64,000 nucleotides of DNA from Heteronotia binoei (Eukaryota): positions 21,886,001 to 21,950,000 of the forward strand of contig NC_083237.1 in the NCBI RefSeq assembly GCF_032191835.1. The letters run 5' to 3'. Positions 60,326-64,000 of this stretch are shown here, piece by piece. Each line of letters starts with the position of its first letter. Positions within the stretch are counted from its first letter, which is position 1. A program made the position numbers and the translations under genes. Under the pieces are notes generated by a model. That model saw only the letters and a list, made by a program, of their open reading frames with translations. It had not been told where the DNA came from and made no database searches.

Positions 60326-60644
60326 TGTTATGTAGTGTTGCTTTGAAATGGAAGGATGTCAAAGTCTTCTCTCTGCCTTCTCAGGCTTGGCTCAATAGGG
60401 GAGTTGGGAGCCTACTATGATCAAGGCCAAGCAAGGCCTGAGAACGAAAAAGTAACATCAATGTGTGAATGTTCCTGCATAACCCCCACCCTTTTAGGAA
60501 TCCCTTTGAAGTGTCCCTTATAGTTTCGTATCTACTGTATGTTCCTCAGTCTTTCAATGCTGGCATAGCCTGCAAGTACCAGAATCCAATAAACTAGCTT
60601 CTTTGTATCAACAACGACTCGTTATTGAATCTGCCGACTTGACA
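60326..60644 (+). mobile_element. Probable 5' LTR of the Gypsy element
   Basis: TGT...ACA ends, AATAAA at 60588-60593, directly upstream of gag; 3' LTR outside the window, so boundaries are unconfirmed. Confidence 0.55.
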
Positions 60645-63600
60645 TTTTGAAGGACTCCCGATTTCGAGCTCCATCGTCCCGGCAACTTTGTAACCAGATG
60701 GCCGAAAAGATTCCGGAAGGCGAGGAGCTCCCCTTTGAAGAAGGGGAGACAGAGGCACCCTGGCACATCTTAGACTCCAGGAGAACGGCCGCCTCCCCTC
60801 CGCCATTTCAGCTGGTGATCGCCCCCCGGCAGTACCAGCCACGGACTTCGACCACCACCATGGACGAGGCCCCGATCTGCCGGGACGCCATCATGACTCG
60901 CCACATGTGGAGAGTTAGGATGGTTGAGCCAGAGCCCACCAACCCGAACACTCTCGAGACGGGTGAGGCGGACAGCATCATCGTCGTTCGGGTGCCCGAA
61001 GACGAGGGCGCCGAATGCAGCGAGAGGGCCGAGGGGGGCGAGGAGGAGCCGCGGCCGAAAGACATGCATGTGGAAGATGCCTGCATGTTCGAGCCATGGT
61101 TCGCAAGGAGGTCGACGGGGCGGTTAAGGGGCTGAAGGATGAGATACAAGCCCTGACCACCCAACTCGCTCGGGCTTTGGGAACCGCTGGACCCCGGAGA
61201 CCTCCGCCAGCTCCACAAGTACGAGCTCCCCCGGTCCAGCCTCAGGCTCCCCTCCCTCCGAGGGGGCAAAGACCGCAGCCGGCGGGCCCTGTCGCCCCTC
61301 AGGGTCGAGAGTTGGAGGCCACCTTCGACGGGGATCCGGAGGAGGTGGACTATTTCGTCATCCAAGCGAATAGCTACATGTACTACTGGGGGAACACCTT
61401 CCCCGATGAATTCAGCAGGGTGGACTACCTGGGCTGCAAGCTGAAGGGGGCCGCGAAGAGGTGGTACGTGAGCCTGTACGAGGCTATGAGCCAGGAGCTG
61501 GACTATGTCCACACCTTCCTACAGGGCCTGATGGCTCAGTACAAGGACCCCCTGCAGGAGGCTCGTGCCCTGGCGGCCCTTCAGGACATGCAACAGAGTC
61601 CCGATCCATCCGGGAGCACGTTGCTGAGTTTAGGGCGAACGCAGCCAAGGTGCGAGGGTGGAGCGAGCATTTCACCCGGGGCCTGAACGCCAGCATCCTG
61701 GATCGGGCCCTAACGCAAGCCCGGCCTAACACCTTCGTAGGTTGGATCCAGCTTGCGGGAGAGGTGGAAACCAGCCTGAAGCGAGTGGCGATGCAATGCC
61801 AACACCAATCGGGGAAGAGCCACCCCAAACCGGGTCCTCCCAAAACTGAAGCCAAAAAACCCGTAGGAGGAGGAGGAGCGACCGCAGGGCCCCGCAGGTG
61901 CTTCAGGTGCGGCGACCCGAACCACTTGGCCTCCAGCTGCCCGAATCCCCTGCCACCCAAAGGAGCTCCAGGGGTGGGGAAGGGCAATACTCCGACCCCG
62001 AAGAAACCGGCCAGCCGCCCTAAGGAAGCGGCGAAGAGCAGCGCGGCAGTGACCGAGGAGCTGGACGAGGAGGTGCTGCTGTCGGCCGAGCTGGCAGGAA
62101 ACGAGACTGACCTGATCTGAAGGGTGCCAACCAGCAGGTCGAGCCGGAAGAGGCACCGGTGACGGTGAGAGTAACGGGATGCTTATATTTTGTAACAGTG
62201 AAGCTGCTGAACCCTAGCTTAAGAAGGTTCATGCAAGTCTGGGCGCTAGTAGACTCGGGGTGTAACCGAGAGCTAATTTCCCCCAAGATAGTAGACGCCC
62301 TAGGACTCGAGAGCTCGCCCCTACCCTGCCCCATGCAGTTTGAACAGATGGATGGGCCCGTGATGCGGGGGGAACCATGTAAGCTAGAGACTCAGCCCCT
62401 CCCAATGGGGATCGATGAGCATTGGGACCAAGAGGTTTTTGTCATCGCCCAGTCCTGCTCGTATCCAGTGGTGTTGGGGGTGGGATGGCTAGAGAAGCAC
62501 GAGCCCCGCATCAGGTGGGGGGCACAAACAATCCGATTCATAGACCCTTCATGCGCGCACCACGGGTGGAACCCGGCTTGGGGCCCGAGAGCGCCGGTGG
62601 CAAAGGAACAGGCGTGCATGTCAGTAGAAGAAATTCACACCGTTCCAAGGGCCTACAGGGACCTAATGGGGGTTTTTAGCGAGCAAGGAGCTAACCAGCT
62701 GCCCCTCCACCGAGCCACGGACTGCGCCATCGAACTGATCCCAGGGGAGACCCTACCTAGGGCAAAACGGTACCCTATGGGATGGGAGGAGAAGAAGGAG
62801 CTATGCAAGTTCTTAGACCAAAATCTAGCCCGGGGCTTCATTAGACCGGCCACGGCCCCTCACGCCGCCACGGTGCTATTTAGGAAGAAGAAGGACAGCT
62901 CGCTTAGACTTTGTACGGACTTTCGCGGGATAAATGTGATTTCCACCTCCAACGCCTACCCCATCCCCCTTATCCGGGACTTACTGAGCACGGTCTCGGA
63001 GGGCAAGATTTTTACCAAGTTGGACTTGAGGGATGCGTACTTCAGAGTCCGCATCGAGGGGGATGAGTGGAAGACGGTGTTCAACACACCGATGGGACAG
63101 TTCGAGTACCTAGTCATGCCATTTGGGCTGCAAGGCGCCCCAGGAGTGTTTATGAACTTTATCAATGATGTACTTAGAAAATTTTTCTATAAGGGGGTGG
63201 TGGTGTATCTTGATGACGTCATTATTTACTCGCAAGATGAACAATCGCATGTGAAATTGGTGGGGGAGGTACTCAGCACCCTGCTAGAGCACCAACTGTA
63301 TGCGAAATTATCTAAATGCGAGTTCCACAAGACAGAACTAGACTACTTGGGGTTTCGTGTGTCCGGGAAAGGGCTGGCAATGGATCCGGCCAAAGTACAG
63401 GTGGTAGTAGAGTGGTACCCCCCGAGAACATGTAGACAACTCCAATCTTTTCTCGGGTTTGCGAATTTCTACAGAACGTTCATAGCGGGGTTCGCCCAAA
63501 TAGCCCTTCCCCTTACAGAGCTCTTAAAGATGAAGGGGAAAGGGCCAGACGCAAAACACCCAGGGGCCCGGTAGAATTGGACTGCGAAGTGCCAAGAGGC

Positions 63601-64000
63601 CTTCGACAAACTGAAACGCCTATTTACTAGCGAGCCTATCCTGAGCCACCCCGACGAACAGTGGGCCTTCGTGGTGCAATGTGACGCCTCCTATGTGGTC
63701 GTCGGAGCCATTCTCATGCAGAAGGATGGGGAGGGGAAGCTGAAGCCTTGCGCCTACATCTCTCGGAAGTTCTCAGGGGAACAGAGGAATTGGTCAGTGT
63801 GGGACAAGGAAGCTTTTGCAGTCATGTTCGCCCTAAAAACCTGGCAGTCCTGGCTAGAAGGAGCTAAGGTGCCCTTCGAGATCTGGACCCGACCACAAAA
63901 ACCTCGAGGCCCTCACAGGGAAGCGAAAGTTGAGTGAAAAACAGGTCCGGTGGGCGGGGTTCTTTCTGGCAGATGCCCTCTCCCAGTTGCCGCAACACAA
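60326..64000 (+). mobile_element. Ty3/Gypsy LTR retrotransposon (gag, protease, RT, RNase H; runs off window end)
   Basis: Gag 61015-62120 (ATFDGDP, CFRCGDPNHLASSC knuckle; frameshift near 61600), protease ALVDSG, RT LDLRDAY..MPFGL..YLDD, RNase H VQCDAS..YISRK..KEAFA; frameshift near 63575. Confidence 0.95.

Noticed and set aside
60594-62853. Long minus-strand ORFs over the Gypsy element (and similar ones over L2 and L1)
   Set aside because: Antisense shadows of GC-rich retroelement coding sequence.
1-64000. CRISPR arrays, rRNA or functional tRNA genes, prokaryotic operons
   Set aside because: The sequence is intron-containing vertebrate DNA; the tRNA- and 5S-like stretches are SINE heads, and no regularly spaced repeat-spacer array was seen.

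Overview
Vertebrate genomic DNA, very likely a squamate reptile (probably a gecko, inferred from Sauria/Squam-type SINEs, BovB, CR1, L2 and L1 repeats). The ORF track fragments the genes, but reading splice sites by hand reveals a tandem pair of + strand NLRP1/CARD8-type FIIND inflammasome-sensor genes. Gene A (3564-18853, 5' end outside the window) encodes an intact ZU5-UPA (FIIND) with the catalytic His and a KF|SLLG autoproteolysis site, followed by a canonical ASC/NLRP1-type C-terminal CARD. Gene B (probable CpG-island promoter near 23.4 kb, coding exons to at least 57695) has an architecture I do not know from any described protein: six divergent, symmetric phase-1 ASC-type CARD exons (38748-49756) that splice in frame, through a CxxC micro-exon, into a second FIIND. 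By hand alignment these six CARDs have lost the charged filament-interface residues that gene A's CARD retains. Gene B's distal UPA and terminal CARD exons are not visible; that region is occupied by an L1 fragment, a perfect 231-bp Penelope-like palindrome carrying two minimal hammerhead ribozyme motifs, and a Ty3/Gypsy element running off the window end. All gene models are inferred from splice signals, phase and homology; no expression data were available.
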